Of a stretch of DNA of 64,000 nucleotides, positions 19,307 through 29,346 are shown piece after piece. Made by a program: the position numbers and the translations under genes. Below the pieces are notes generated by a model. That model did no database searches and was not told the DNA's origin. It saw nothing but the letters and a program-made list of their open reading frames with translations. Each line of letters begins with the position of its first letter. Position 1 is the stretch's first letter. The stretch is from NCBI GenBank assembly GCA_965140585.1, contig OZ223270.1, positions 480,001 through 544,000 of the forward strand. The letters are read 5' to 3'. The DNA is from Spirochaetia bacterium. GTDB lineage: Bacteria > Spirochaetota > Spirochaetia > UBA9216.

Positions 19307-20365
19307 TTAACTGTTTGGCGTGTGTTTCTTTGCAAGCTGGAAGAAGAAGCCTACTACTATAATCCATAGAACAATTGTAAGATTTATAATCCAGCCTGCC
19401 CCGCAAAGAGTCCAGGAAAAAACAGTTGCTGAAAGTAATATGCTTATGATGTATAATACAAGAAGAATCTGCTTTACACTTAGATTTCTGTCCATCAGTT
19501 TATGGTGTATATGCTCTCTGTCAGGAAAAAACATTGACTGACCTCTCATCTTTCTTCTGAGCATTGAAGTTAGAGTGTCCAGAACCGGGATAAAGATTAG
19601 ACTGATAGCAATAATCAGAGACATATCTGTAATGCGGTTCATTTCAATAAGAGGCATAGTGGCTATGGCAAAACCTATGAACAGACTTCCTGAGTCACCC
19701 ATAAAAATTTTTGCCGGCGGAAAATTAAATACTAGAAAACCAAGTATTGAACCGAACAGTGCAAATGCTACTATAGCTGTGGCGGTACTTCCGATTGAAA
19801 TAGATATAAGTGCAGTAAAAAGTGCTGCAATAGCACTTAATCCACCGCTAAGCCCATCCATTCCGTCTATAAGATTGACCGCATTACATACACCAATAAT
19901 CCAGACTCCGGTTAGTATATAGCCCAGAAACCCGATATCAAGGGTTACATTGATAAAGGGGATTCGTATCATTTCGAATGTGCGTCCCGGAATCATTATT
20001 ATCAGCGTTGCGGCTATCTGTATTACAAACTTGATATACGGATTCAGACTCTTAAAATCATCAATGAGTCCAATTATATGTATCATTAGATAGGCTATAA
20101 AAAAGATAAGTATACGCTGAGGAGGAATATTAAGTCCGATTGCGCCGGATTTTATTGAAATAAGCATTCCAACAAGCAGACCTGCAGACATCGATATAAA
20201 AATCCCTATTCCTGCCAGCCGCGGAACATTTCCGGTATGAATCTTCCGGTGATCAATATCATCATACCATTCATTTTTGTGACTCAAATGAATGAGTATT
20301 GGTATTATTATTACACAAAAACCAAATGAAAGAAGTCCAGCGAGTATTAAAGGAAGACCATACAT
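19307..20365 (-). CDS. WecA/TagO-type undecaprenyl-phosphate GlcNAc-1-P transferase (MraY family)
   Basis: RKIH..VPRLAG, GLIDD, NAVNLIDGMDG, NFPPAKIFMGDSGS, PDREHIHH; ATG 20365 preferred because the upstream TTG overlaps a -10 element. Confidence 0.9.
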   Translation of the reverse strand: MYGLPLILAGLLSFGFCVIIIPILIHLSHKNEWYDDIDHRKIHTGNVPRLAGIGIFISMSAGLLVGMLISIKSGAIGLNIPPQRILIFFIAYLMIHIIGLIDDFKSLNPYIKFVIQIAATLIIMIPGRTFEMIRIPFINVTLDIGFLGYILTGVWIIGVCNAVNLIDGMDGLSGGLSAIAALFTALISISIGSTATAIVAFALFGSILGFLVFNFPPAKIFMGDSGSLFIGFAIATMPLIEMNRITDMSLIIAISLIFIPVLDTLTSMLRRKMRGQSMFFPDREHIHHKLMDRNLSVKQILLVLYIISILLSATVFSWTLCGAGWIINLTIVLWIIVVGFFFQLAKKHTPNS

Positions 20366-20467
20366 ATAGACCAATATTAGTTCAGGTAATCCGCAGTGTC
20401 AATCATATATCTGTCCTTGTTTTTTTCATTATAGATCCTTATATTTAAAGGTACGGAGATATCTATC

Positions 20468-21898
20468 GTGGAATACAAAGTAAAAGACATAAATCTGGCC
20501 GACTGGGGCCGGAAAGAAATTGAGATCGCAGAACATGAAATGCCGGGCCTTATGGCGATCAGGGCAAAATATTCTAAGGAAAAACCGCTAAAAGGGCTTA
20601 GAATAACCGGTTCACTTCACATGACAATTCAGACAGCTGTGCTAATTGAGACTCTTGTAGAACTTGGAGCTGATGTAAGATGGGCAAGCTGCAATATTTT
20701 TTCAACCCAGGATCATGCTGCCGCAGCAATCGCTGTAGGTCGGCCGGAAAACGGCGGAACAGTTGATAATCCTAAGGGTGTTCCTGTCTTTGCCTGGAAG
20801 GGAGAAACGCTCGAAGAATACTGGGAGTGTACCCTTGATGCGCTTAGCTTTCCGGGAGGAAAGGGACCGAACCAGATCGTTGATGACGGAGGAGATGCAA
20901 CCCTTCTTATTCACAAGGGCGTTGAACTTGAAGGTGGCGACGGATGGGTTAAGACGGCTTCAGCAAAGCACGAAGAGAAGGTAATTAAAGACCTCCTTCT
21001 TAAAGTAAACAGTGAAAATGCATCATTTTTCACGGATATGGCAAAAGAAATACGCGGCTGTTCCGAGGAAACAACAACTGGAGTTCACCGTCTTTACCAT
21101 ATGATGGAGGAAGGAAGCCTGTTATTTCCCGCTATAAACGTTAACGACAGTGTTACAAAGAGTAAGTTCGATAACCTCTACGGCTGCCGTGAATCACTTG
21201 CAGACGGTCTGAAGCGGGCAACCGATGTAATGATTGCTGGTAAGGTAGCTATTGTCTGCGGCTACGGAGACGTAGGCAAGGGCTGTGCGCAGTCGATGCG
21301 CGGATTCGGAGCCAGAGTCGTTGTAACCGAGATTGACCCCATATGCGCCCTTCAGGCCTCTATGGAGGGGTTTGAAGTAAGTACTGTTGAAGACACACTT
21401 GGAACCGGGGATATCTATGTTACAACAACCGGTAACAAGGATGTTATAACTGCTGATCACATGAGTAAAATGAAGGATCAGTCAATAGTCTGCAATATCG
21501 GTCACTTCGACAACGAGATTCAGGTTGATGAGCTGAATGCATGGAAGGGAATAGAAAAGATTAATGTTAAACCTCAGGTTGATAAATATGTCTATGCAGA
21601 CGGTCATGAAATCTTTCTTCTTGCCGAAGGCAGGCTTGTGAACCTGGGTTGTGCAACAGGACATCCCTCATTTGTAATGTCGAACTCTTTTTCAAACCAG
21701 ACGCTTGCTCAGATAGATTTAGCTGAAAATGACTATAAACCCGGAGTATACCGTCTTTCAAAGAAGCTTGATGAAGAAGTTGCCCGACTTCACCTTGAAA
21801 AGATAGGTGTAAAGCTTACTAAACTTTCAAAAGATCAGGCCGATTATATCGGAGTAGATGTAGAGGGTCCCTACAAACCTGAACACTACAGATACTGA
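20468..21898 (+). CDS. ahcY: Adenosylhomocysteinase
   Basis: [48 protein letters not shown]. Confidence 0.98.
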   Translation: MEYKVKDINLADWGRKEIEIAEHEMPGLMAIRAKYSKEKPLKGLRITGSLHMTIQTAVLIETLVELGADVRWASCNIFSTQDHAAAAIAVGRPENGGTVDNPKGVPVFAWKGETLEEYWECTLDALSFPGGKGPNQIVDDGGDATLLIHKGVELEGGDGWVKTASAKHEEKVIKDLLLKVNSENASFFTDMAKEIRGCSEETTTGVHRLYHMMEEGSLLFPAINVNDSVTKSKFDNLYGCRESLADGLKRATDVMIAGKVAIVCGYGDVGKGCAQSMRGFGARVVVTEIDPICALQASMEGFEVSTVEDTLGTGDIYVTTTGNKDVITADHMSKMKDQSIVCNIGHFDNEIQVDELNAWKGIEKINVKPQVDKYVYADGHEIFLLAEGRLVNLGCATGHPSFVMSNSFSNQTLAQIDLAENDYKPGVYRLSKKLDEEVARLHLEKIGVKLTKLSKDQADYIGVDVEGPYKPEHYRY

Positions 21899-21920
21899 TT
21901 CGTTTTATAGATTTTCATAT

Positions 21921-21964
21921 AAAGCTTTTCCGGTCCTTTGCTTACTTGAACCGGAAGAGCTTTT
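21921..21964 (+). terminator. Terminator-like hairpin after ahcY
   Basis: AAAGCTTTTCCGGT...ACCGGAAGAGCTTT with only a short T run. Confidence 0.55.
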
Positions 21965-22140
21965 AAATAAGCATCTTGAAAAAGATGATCATTTTGTACC
22001 GGTTCCCATAACCGGGGCAATCTAAGGAGTAATAAAAAAATCACTTCCATGTAATTTTTTTATTTAAGAGAACTCAAATGTAATTTGATTTCTCCCTCCT
22101 CCTGATTCCGCATCCATGCGGAAAAAATAAGGAGAATAAA

Positions 22141-23304
22141 ATGGAAAACAGAAACTATCTTTTCACTTCCGAATCGGTAGGTGAAGGTCATCCCGACAAA
22201 CTATGTGATCAGATCTCTGATGCAGTCCTTGATGCATGTCTGGCAGATGATCCGCAGTCCAGAGTCGCCTGCGAAACCTTTACTACAACCGGCATGGTCC
22301 TTGTAGGCGGGGAAATTACCACTAACACCTATGTGGATGTGCAGGAAATAGCACGAGGAGTAGCAAAGAAGATCGGTTATGTGAAACCGGAATACGGTCT
22401 GGACTGTGAATCAATGGCGGTACTCAATACAATTCACAGCCAGTCGCCTGATATCTCACAGGGCGTTACCGACGGTGCAGGATTATACAAGGAGCAGGGA
22501 GCCGGAGATCAGGGAATGATGTTCGGTTTTGCCTGCAAGGAAACACCTGAACTTATGCCTGCACCTGTAATGTTTTCACATCAGATACTGCTGAAAGCTG
22601 CTGATATGAGAAAATCAGGAAAACTAATGTGGCTCAGGCCGGATTCAAAGAGCCAGGTAACAATTGAATATGAAGGATTCACACCAAAAAGAATCGATAC
22701 TGTTGTAGTAAGCCACCAGCACGATGATGATGTTTCATATGAAGAGATAAAAGAAAGCATTATAAAGAAGATTATCAAACCGGTACTTGAGCCTACAGGG
22801 CTTCTTGCAGATGATACGAAGTTTTTCATCAACCCGACCGGACGTTTTGTAATTGGGGGCCCTCATGGAGACTCAGGACTTACCGGACGTAAAATCATAG
22901 TAGATACCTACGGCGGAATGGGCCGGCATGGAGGTGGAGCCTTCAGCGGTAAGGATCCTTCTAAGGTAGACCGATCGGCAGCATACATGGCACGTTATGT
23001 GGCCAAGAACATAGTATCTGCAGATCTGTGTGAACGATGTGAAGTTCAGCTTGCTTATGCTATAGGAGTTCCCTTTCCTGTTTCGGTAATGGTGGATACT
23101 TTCGGTACATCAAAGGTGCCTGAGGCAGTAATAGAGGCGGCAGCAGAAAAGGTTTTTGATCTTACCCCTGCTGGAATAATAAAAACTCTTGATCTTAAAA
23201 AACCGGTTTTTCAGGAGACCGCTGCCTACGGACATTTCGGCCGGGATATTTTTTCCTGGGAAAAAACTGATAAAGTAAAAGAATTATTGAAAGAAATAGG
23301 TTAG
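22141..23304 (+). CDS. metK: S-adenosylmethionine synthetase
   Basis: [28 protein letters not shown]. Confidence 0.98.
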   Translation: MENRNYLFTSESVGEGHPDKLCDQISDAVLDACLADDPQSRVACETFTTTGMVLVGGEITTNTYVDVQEIARGVAKKIGYVKPEYGLDCESMAVLNTIHSQSPDISQGVTDGAGLYKEQGAGDQGMMFGFACKETPELMPAPVMFSHQILLKAADMRKSGKLMWLRPDSKSQVTIEYEGFTPKRIDTVVVSHQHDDDVSYEEIKESIIKKIIKPVLEPTGLLADDTKFFINPTGRFVIGGPHGDSGLTGRKIIVDTYGGMGRHGGGAFSGKDPSKVDRSAAYMARYVAKNIVSADLCERCEVQLAYAIGVPFPVSVMVDTFGTSKVPEAVIEAAAEKVFDLTPAGIIKTLDLKKPVFQETAAYGHFGRDIFSWEKTDKVKELLKEIG

Positions 23305-23311
23305 TTTTATT

Positions 23312-23361
23312 AAAAAATCCCCCATTCTGCTTGATCTTTGAACAGAAAGGGGGTATTTTTT
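23312..23361 (+). terminator. Terminator after metK
   Basis: CCCCC-TTCTG...CAGAA-GGGGG stem followed by a T run. Confidence 0.7.
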
Positions 23362-23450
23362 AAAGATTATCGGTCATTGACCGATATTTTTACGGTTTTT
23401 TCTGTTTAAGAAGAATAAGTTTTAGAACGATGTTAAAAACTTATATTTTC

Positions 23451-23479
23451 TTGACAGCTAAAAATGGGGTTGGTATAAT
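23451..23479 (+). promoter_or_regulatory. Perfect-consensus sigma70 promoter
   Basis: TTGACA-N17-TATAAT with AT-rich sequence upstream. Confidence 0.85.
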
Positions 23480-23557
23480 TACCCCTAAATAGTATGAAAA
23501 ATGGGATACAAACGGGCCGTTGGCTTGATCCCAAAATTTTGGAGGAAGTGAAATAGT

Positions 23558-24787
23558 ATGAAAAAAATAGCACTTGTCCTTGCACTTCTGATGGTAATCG
23601 GAATGGGCGCATTTGCTCAGGTTGAAGCCTTTGTTTATGCAGAAATGGATACTTATGTAAGTATCGATCTTGAAACAGAAGAACTCGCTCTTACAAACGC
23701 TCCGTTTGCAATGCTCCAGTTCAAATTCGGTGAAGATGTAGCAACTGAAGCTGGAGATGGTGTTTACGGTTCAATCGCTGTAAACAATCTTGAAGGTAAC
23801 TACAGAGCATATGCCACAAGCGGCGACTGGTCAGATCTTACCTACGAAATGCACAGCGCAAAAGACCATTGGTCAGAAATGATCACTTGGGATGCAAGAA
23901 TCGTTATGGGTCCTGCATACCTTAAAATTGATGGTGATGAAACTATCAGAGCAAGAAATGCAGTAGTTGCTAACGTAGTTGATGATTTCACACTTACCGG
24001 TATGGAACTTAAGGGTAACTATGTTTCTTTCTCAACAGATGCTTCTTTAGAAGCAGGTTATTCAGTTGAAAACGTAATGGACATCGCTGTAGAATTCGGC
24101 GTTGTTAACGGAACTTTCGACACAGCAGGATATGCTCTTGATGCAGCTGTTTCTGTTACTGCAGTTCCCGGCCTTGGTCTTGATGCTAACTTTGTTACAG
24201 CTTTCGGCGGAGTTCTTGATGGTTCTGATTCAGGTTTTGCTGTAAAAGTTGGTTATGATGTAGCTGTTGCTGAAATGACTCTTACTCCTTTTGTTGCATT
24301 TGATGGAATTCTTGGAACAGAGTTTGGTTTTGATATCGGTGGTGGTGCTACTCTCGGTTGGGATAGCGATAAGGGCGGAAAAGTTGCAAAAAGCGGATCT
24401 AATCCTCTTTCAAGATTTTTTGGAACTACAGATCAGTGGGTAGATGCAGGTCTTACTCTTGGTGGTGAATACTCATCAGCAACTGAAGATGTAAACGTTA
24501 TGCTTTCTGCAGCATATGCTCCTGTTGAAAATTTGACAAGTATTGTTCTTGTTGAAGCAGGTTCACTTCTTAACACTGCAGTAATCGGTGTTGGAACTTA
24601 TGTTGACTACACTGTAGGTGACATTGTACCTCATGTAGGTTTTAAATACACCGAAGCAGCAACATCACTTGATGCTGGTGTAAGTTACAGTGGAATTGAT
24701 CATACAAAAATTTATGCTAACTACATCTCTGATGACTTAGCAAATGACAATGGCGCAATTACTATTGGTGCTGTTATCAGCAACTAG
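23558..24787 (+). CDS. Abundant outer-membrane/outer-sheath porin-like protein
   Basis: Signal peptide ending AFA; Gly/Ala/Val/aromatic alternating strands; GGAGG RBS; codon use visibly skewed to T/A-ending codons; own promoter and terminator. Confidence 0.7.
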   Translation: MKKIALVLALLMVIGMGAFAQVEAFVYAEMDTYVSIDLETEELALTNAPFAMLQFKFGEDVATEAGDGVYGSIAVNNLEGNYRAYATSGDWSDLTYEMHSAKDHWSEMITWDARIVMGPAYLKIDGDETIRARNAVVANVVDDFTLTGMELKGNYVSFSTDASLEAGYSVENVMDIAVEFGVVNGTFDTAGYALDAAVSVTAVPGLGLDANFVTAFGGVLDGSDSGFAVKVGYDVAVAEMTLTPFVAFDGILGTEFGFDIGGGATLGWDSDKGGKVAKSGSNPLSRFFGTTDQWVDAGLTLGGEYSSATEDVNVMLSAAYAPVENLTSIVLVEAGSLLNTAVIGVGTYVDYTVGDIVPHVGFKYTEAATSLDAGVSYSGIDHTKIYANYISDDLANDNGAITIGAVISN

Positions 24788-24805
24788 TCTTAATTAGTTA
24801 CTTAT

Positions 24806-24833
24806 AAGCCGCTTCTATGGAAGCGGCTTTTTT
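24806..24833 (+). terminator. Rho-independent terminator
   Basis: AAGCCGCTTC-tatg-GAAGCGGCTT-TTTT. Confidence 0.88.
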
Positions 24834-25029
24834 ATGCTTTAATAAAAATATTAGTTATAGGAGACAGACAGGCATTCTATTCAGGTTAATTAAAAATAGA
24901 ATTTAGTTTATATGCAATTAATTAATGCAATATCAAAACCTAAATGTTTAACTTTTTAAGTTTTGATATTTGCTATTGCTCGGAAATTATTTGTTTAAAT
25001 AAAATAAATGATGTTTTACCAGAAGGATA

Positions 25030-25845
25030 TTATAAGTTTCTCTCTTTTTTTATCTGATCCCAGGCATTTTGTATTTCAATAAACTTTGTTTTTGCAAGTT
25101 TCTGAAACTCTTCCGGAAGTCCCTTAGATGAAACCTTGTCAGGATGATATTCTGATACCAGTTTACGGTATGCTTTCTTAATCTTATCATTATTGTCGGA
25201 AGGACTGCATCCGAGGACTGAATAAGCAGATGACCCGGATGAATAAGAATTGTAGCTGTTTGATGAAGATGAATAAGATGTATATGGTGCTTTCATCTGT
25301 ACAAATTGTTCGTCACTTATATGAAATATATGAACGGCATCTCTAATAAGTGTTTCTTCATCGGCACTTATTCCATTATCTTCATGAGCAACCCTAAGCA
25401 TTATATCGATCATCAAGGTAAGTATCTGAGGCTGGAACCTGAACTCTCGGTAAAACTGGTTTGCAAACTGATAAAAGGTTTCAGAGGCATTAATTGCAGT
25501 ATTAAAGATTCGAAGTGCGCTGTTTTTTGTAGCTGCATCCATCTTTAAATCCACATCCATGAATTCTTCAACTTTCTTTCTTTCTTTATCTGAAACATTA
25601 CCGTCTACAGCAGCCAGTTTAGCTAGCATTGAAAAGGCTCCGACAAAGAATGTCATCTGATTATGCTGAGTACGGTTCATCCTGGTACCATACATGTTTG
25701 AATATTTATCGGAAAACTCTCCCTCAGTAAATTTGGAAGCCGATCCGGAAATAAAAGAACCGAATGCGGCACCGGCTATAGCCCCGATAGGCCCTCCGAA
25801 GAATAAACCAATAGTTCCGCCTATTAAAGTTCCTAGACAACTCAA
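25030..25845 (-). CDS. djlA: DjlA-like co-chaperone (TM, TerB-like and C-terminal J domain)
   Basis: GG.IG..FGGPIGAI anchor, KLAAVDGNVS, YRKLVSEYHPDK..KGLPEE; TTG start behind GAGG. Confidence 0.9.
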   Translation of the reverse strand: MSCLGTLIGGTIGLFFGGPIGAIAGAAFGSFISGSASKFTEGEFSDKYSNMYGTRMNRTQHNQMTFFVGAFSMLAKLAAVDGNVSDKERKKVEEFMDVDLKMDAATKNSALRIFNTAINASETFYQFANQFYREFRFQPQILTLMIDIMLRVAHEDNGISADEETLIRDAVHIFHISDEQFVQMKAPYTSYSSSSNSYNSYSSGSSAYSVLGCSPSDNNDKIKKAYRKLVSEYHPDKVSSKGLPEEFQKLAKTKFIEIQNAWDQIKKERNL

Positions 25846-25858
25846 TTTATTACCTCAC

Positions 25859-25884
25859 AAAAAAGGCGGACTGAATGTCCGCCT
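25859..25884 (-). terminator. Terminator/attenuator between the glycosidase-like gene and djlA
   Basis: AGGCGGAC-N5-GTCCGCCT with a T run on the minus strand. Confidence 0.65.
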
Positions 25885-25888
25885 GAGT

Positions 25889-27313
25889 TTATAATTTATC
25901 TATAAGCATCGAACATTTACCCGAAGGAATAGGCAAAGTTTTTTTCTTCTGCTCATCAAGAATGTTTATTGTAAAATAGTAAAGCTTTTCAGATTCAAGT
26001 CTTATTTCCCAGCCTCTGCCACTCTTATTACTTAAAATGGTAATTAGATTTCTCTTTAAAGAAAGATTTTCTATTCCCATAATTTCAAGTGTCGGCATTA
26101 TCCAGTCAACGGTTTTTCGAGGCAGACTTATATACAAACCAAGTATATTTTCTACCATCAGGGTAACCGTTGATAAAGCGGTATATGCAAGAAGAACAGG
26201 TCTTGGGAAACTGGCTTTATCACTCCATTTTGCAGGACCGTCTTTAGTAGGAAGATAAGCTTCAAAGATGTTACCTTTCTCTTTGCCTTCAGGATGAAGA
26301 GTATCAAGCATGAAATAAAGATGTCTGATAGAACATTCTCTTGCCAGTTCATATCTTGCGTACTTTTCAAGGCCCTTAACTACCATAAAGGTAAAAGGAG
26401 GTACAACTGAACCTCTATAACCTTCTCCGTCTTCACAGTATGCTGATTCAGATACCGCAAGTGTCGGAAAAGGATTATCTGTTCCAAAACTATTGGGATT
26501 TTTCAGATGTTCAATGAGAGCGTTGGCTCTGTCTTCATTCGGGATCTCTGCAAGAAGCGGCCAGAAGGAAGCTATGGTTTTAATTTTGACCTGGGATTCG
26601 TTTTTATCCAAATCATAGTAAATACCTTCTTCATCATTCCACATAAAAGATGAAATCCGTGTTTTTAATGAAAAATATTTCCGCTTATATTTGAAACTGA
26701 GTTCCTTGTCGTTTAGAATATCACCGATTTCTGACATATACAGAGCATTTACAGCCTGCTGTGCATTAAAATCTACCGGATAGAACATTCCATCACGCGG
26801 CGAATTTTCCATCAGGGTAGCTGCAAGAGGTACTGAATAAAGTCCGTTGCTCTGCTTGAATGTCTTTTCAAGCCATGAGAAATACTTCTCTAGATATACT
26901 ATTATATCTTTAAGCCTCTTTTTATTCCCTTCTTTATGGTACAGATTATATTCTGCCCAGGAAAACAAGGGCGGATGCACGCATTCAGGATTATCATCAG
27001 TAAATACTGGCTTCCCGGTTTCTTCGCGGTAAATACCTCTTATTGCACCGCTTTCTTCCTGTTTAGCATAAAAAAGATCCAGTGAAGGGATCGCTGGAAA
27101 CTGATTATTACTGTACACCAGGAAAAATGTTGAAAGACATGATTCAAACTGATTTATTGTTTCACTTTCTGGATAATTGAAATAGGTTTTCGGAAGTCCG
27201 TTTTTTGAATTTCCTTTTTTCCATGAGTCCTGAAGCCAGGCCCATGTTTTTTCATAAAGGTCTACAAAATCTTGATCGTAGAAATGAACAGCAGGGAAAC
27301 CTTTCTTTACCAA
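25889..27313 (-). CDS. Six-hairpin glycosidase-like protein (GH63/MGH1/trehalase-like)
   Basis: HPPLFSWAEY, MENSPR, PVDFNA, MWNDEEGIYYD, KTIASFWPLLA, YRGSV, IFEAY patterns of an (alpha/alpha)6 barrel. Confidence 0.75.
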   Translation of the reverse strand: MVKKGFPAVHFYDQDFVDLYEKTWAWLQDSWKKGNSKNGLPKTYFNYPESETINQFESCLSTFFLVYSNNQFPAIPSLDLFYAKQEESGAIRGIYREETGKPVFTDDNPECVHPPLFSWAEYNLYHKEGNKKRLKDIIVYLEKYFSWLEKTFKQSNGLYSVPLAATLMENSPRDGMFYPVDFNAQQAVNALYMSEIGDILNDKELSFKYKRKYFSLKTRISSFMWNDEEGIYYDLDKNESQVKIKTIASFWPLLAEIPNEDRANALIEHLKNPNSFGTDNPFPTLAVSESAYCEDGEGYRGSVVPPFTFMVVKGLEKYARYELARECSIRHLYFMLDTLHPEGKEKGNIFEAYLPTKDGPAKWSDKASFPRPVLLAYTALSTVTLMVENILGLYISLPRKTVDWIMPTLEIMGIENLSLKRNLITILSNKSGRGWEIRLESEKLYYFTINILDEQKKKTLPIPSGKCSMLIDKL

Positions 27314-27483
27314 TTATTAAACCTCATTCTTAAAGTGTAGTCACATATAACTTATTATTTTATCATGAATAAATGTAGAATTGACCGTCATGACTATTAT
27401 AAGATAATATAAAATATATCTCAAGTCAAATTGGAAAAAAGAGGAAAATCTGAAGATTACGTTTATTCTATGGGAAATTAAAT

Positions 27484-29343
27484 TTGATGTCAATTACCGG
27501 CGATGATGAGTTAAAAAAATTTTTACCAGTTAATAAAAAAGATTTAAATAATTCAGGCTGGAAAGAGTGTGATTTTATTATAATCAGCGGTGACGCCTAT
27601 GTAGATCATCCTTCTTTCGGTTCAGCAATCATTTCCAGGATTCTCGAAAAAGAAGGCTTTAGAGTTGGTATTATAAGTCAACCCGATTGGACGAATCCTG
27701 ATTCAGTGAAAATACTCGGACGTCCACGACTTGCCTTTTTACTTACCTCAGGAAATATGGACTCGATGGTGAGCAATTATTCTTCTTCTCTAAGAAAAAG
27801 AAAAAACGATTCATATTCCCCTGGAGGAATCCCCGGGCGAAGACCTGATCGTGCCTTAATTGTGTATACATCTCTTGTTAAAGCTGCTTTTAAGGGAGTT
27901 CCAGTTGTCATAGGCGGGATAGAGGCATCACTTAGAAGACTTAGTCATTATGATTACTGGAGTGATAAGATAAGAAGGTCAGTATTAATTGATACCAAGG
28001 CTGATTTACTTGTTTATGGTATGGCGGAAAGACAGATTACAGAACTTGGAAAAAGACTTTCTGCCGGCATCCAAATTGGAGAAATTAGAGATATTCCGGG
28101 AACCGTTGTAAAGTTAAGCGAGAAAGATTTTAGTTATTATGCCGGGACGGCTGATAATCTGCTTCAACTACCTGAATACCAGGATATTTTAAAAGATAAA
28201 AATAAGTTTGCAGAGAGTTTTAGGATTCAGTATGAAAATACAAATCCTTTCTCTGCATCTATACTTGCAGAAAAAACTGATACTCAATGGGTTATTCAGA
28301 ATCCTCCTCAAAAACCTCTTTCAACTGAAGAGCTTGATGCGGTTTACAATCTTCCTTTTACCAGGAAATATCATCATATGTATGAGAAGGATGGGGGGAT
28401 TCCTGCTTTAAAGGAAGTAGAGTTTAGTCTTGCTGTAAACAGGGGATGTTTCGGTGCCTGCAGTTTCTGTGCTCTGGTCTTTCACCAGGGCAGGATTGTT
28501 CAGGCAAGATCGATTGAATCTATTATTTCGGAAGCAGAGCACATGGTGCAAAATCCTGAATTTAAGGGAATAATACATGATGCTGGCGGACCTACTGCTA
28601 ATTTTTTCCATGCCTCATGTAAAAAACAGGAGAAACACGGCTCATGTCCCGACAGGGAATGCTTATTTCCTGAACCCTGTCCGAATCTTGATACAGATCA
28701 CACTGAATATTTGAGACTCCTTCGAAGGCTGAGGAAGCTACCGGAAATTAAAAGAGTATTTATTCGATCCGGAATAAGATTCGATTATCTTATGGAAGCG
28801 GTAAAGCGGGAGAATAAATTAAATAAAACATCAGGTGAGGAATTCTTCAGCGATTTGTGTAAATATCATGTCAGCGGCCAGCTGAAAACTGCACCAGAAC
28901 ATGTTTCTGCGGGGGTTCTGAACCTTATGCGCAAGCCGGGAAACAGGGTTTACAGAGAGTTTGAAGATAAGTTCAGAGAAATAAATAAAATAGAAGGAAA
29001 AAAACAGTATATTATTCCCTATCTTATTTCCGGACATCCCGGTTCCGGGCTTAAAGAAGCTATTGAGCTGGCTGTTTATCTTAAAAAGCAGAAATTTATT
29101 CCTGATCAAGTTCAGGATTTCTACCCTACTCCTTCTACTATATCTACATGCATGTATTATTCAGGAATTAATCCTCTTAACGGGAAAAAGGTATATACTG
29201 CAAAAACACCGCAGGAAAAAGCCATGCAGCGTGCTCTGCTTCACTTTCATAAGCCGGAAAATCGAAAACTTGTCATAAAGGCATTGAAAGAAGTAGGCAG
29301 AACTGATCTAATAGGCAGCGGAAAAAACTGTCTTATCAGGTGA
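27484..29343 (+). CDS. YgiQ-family radical SAM protein
   Basis: GDAYVDHPSFG, GNMDSMV, RGCFGACSFC, QVQDFYPTP; exact start uncertain. Confidence 0.93.
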   Translation: MMSITGDDELKKFLPVNKKDLNNSGWKECDFIIISGDAYVDHPSFGSAIISRILEKEGFRVGIISQPDWTNPDSVKILGRPRLAFLLTSGNMDSMVSNYSSSLRKRKNDSYSPGGIPGRRPDRALIVYTSLVKAAFKGVPVVIGGIEASLRRLSHYDYWSDKIRRSVLIDTKADLLVYGMAERQITELGKRLSAGIQIGEIRDIPGTVVKLSEKDFSYYAGTADNLLQLPEYQDILKDKNKFAESFRIQYENTNPFSASILAEKTDTQWVIQNPPQKPLSTEELDAVYNLPFTRKYHHMYEKDGGIPALKEVEFSLAVNRGCFGACSFCALVFHQGRIVQARSIESIISEAEHMVQNPEFKGIIHDAGGPTANFFHASCKKQEKHGSCPDRECLFPEPCPNLDTDHTEYLRLLRRLRKLPEIKRVFIRSGIRFDYLMEAVKRENKLNKTSGEEFFSDLCKYHVSGQLKTAPEHVSAGVLNLMRKPGNRVYREFEDKFREINKIEGKKQYIIPYLISGHPGSGLKEAIELAVYLKKQKFIPDQVQDFYPTPSTISTCMYYSGINPLNGKKVYTAKTPQEKAMQRALLHFHKPENRKLVIKALKEVGRTDLIGSGKNCLIR

Positions 29344-29346
29344 TAA

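Noticed and set aside
20403-20467. SAH riboswitch upstream of ahcY
   Set aside because: The gap is short, AT-rich and occupied by divergent promoters, with no SAH motif visible.
24929-24970. Inverted repeat AATATCAAAAC-N20-GTTTTGATATT
   Set aside because: A single AT-rich copy between convergent genes; most simply a 3'-end structure for djlA, with no array or transposon context.
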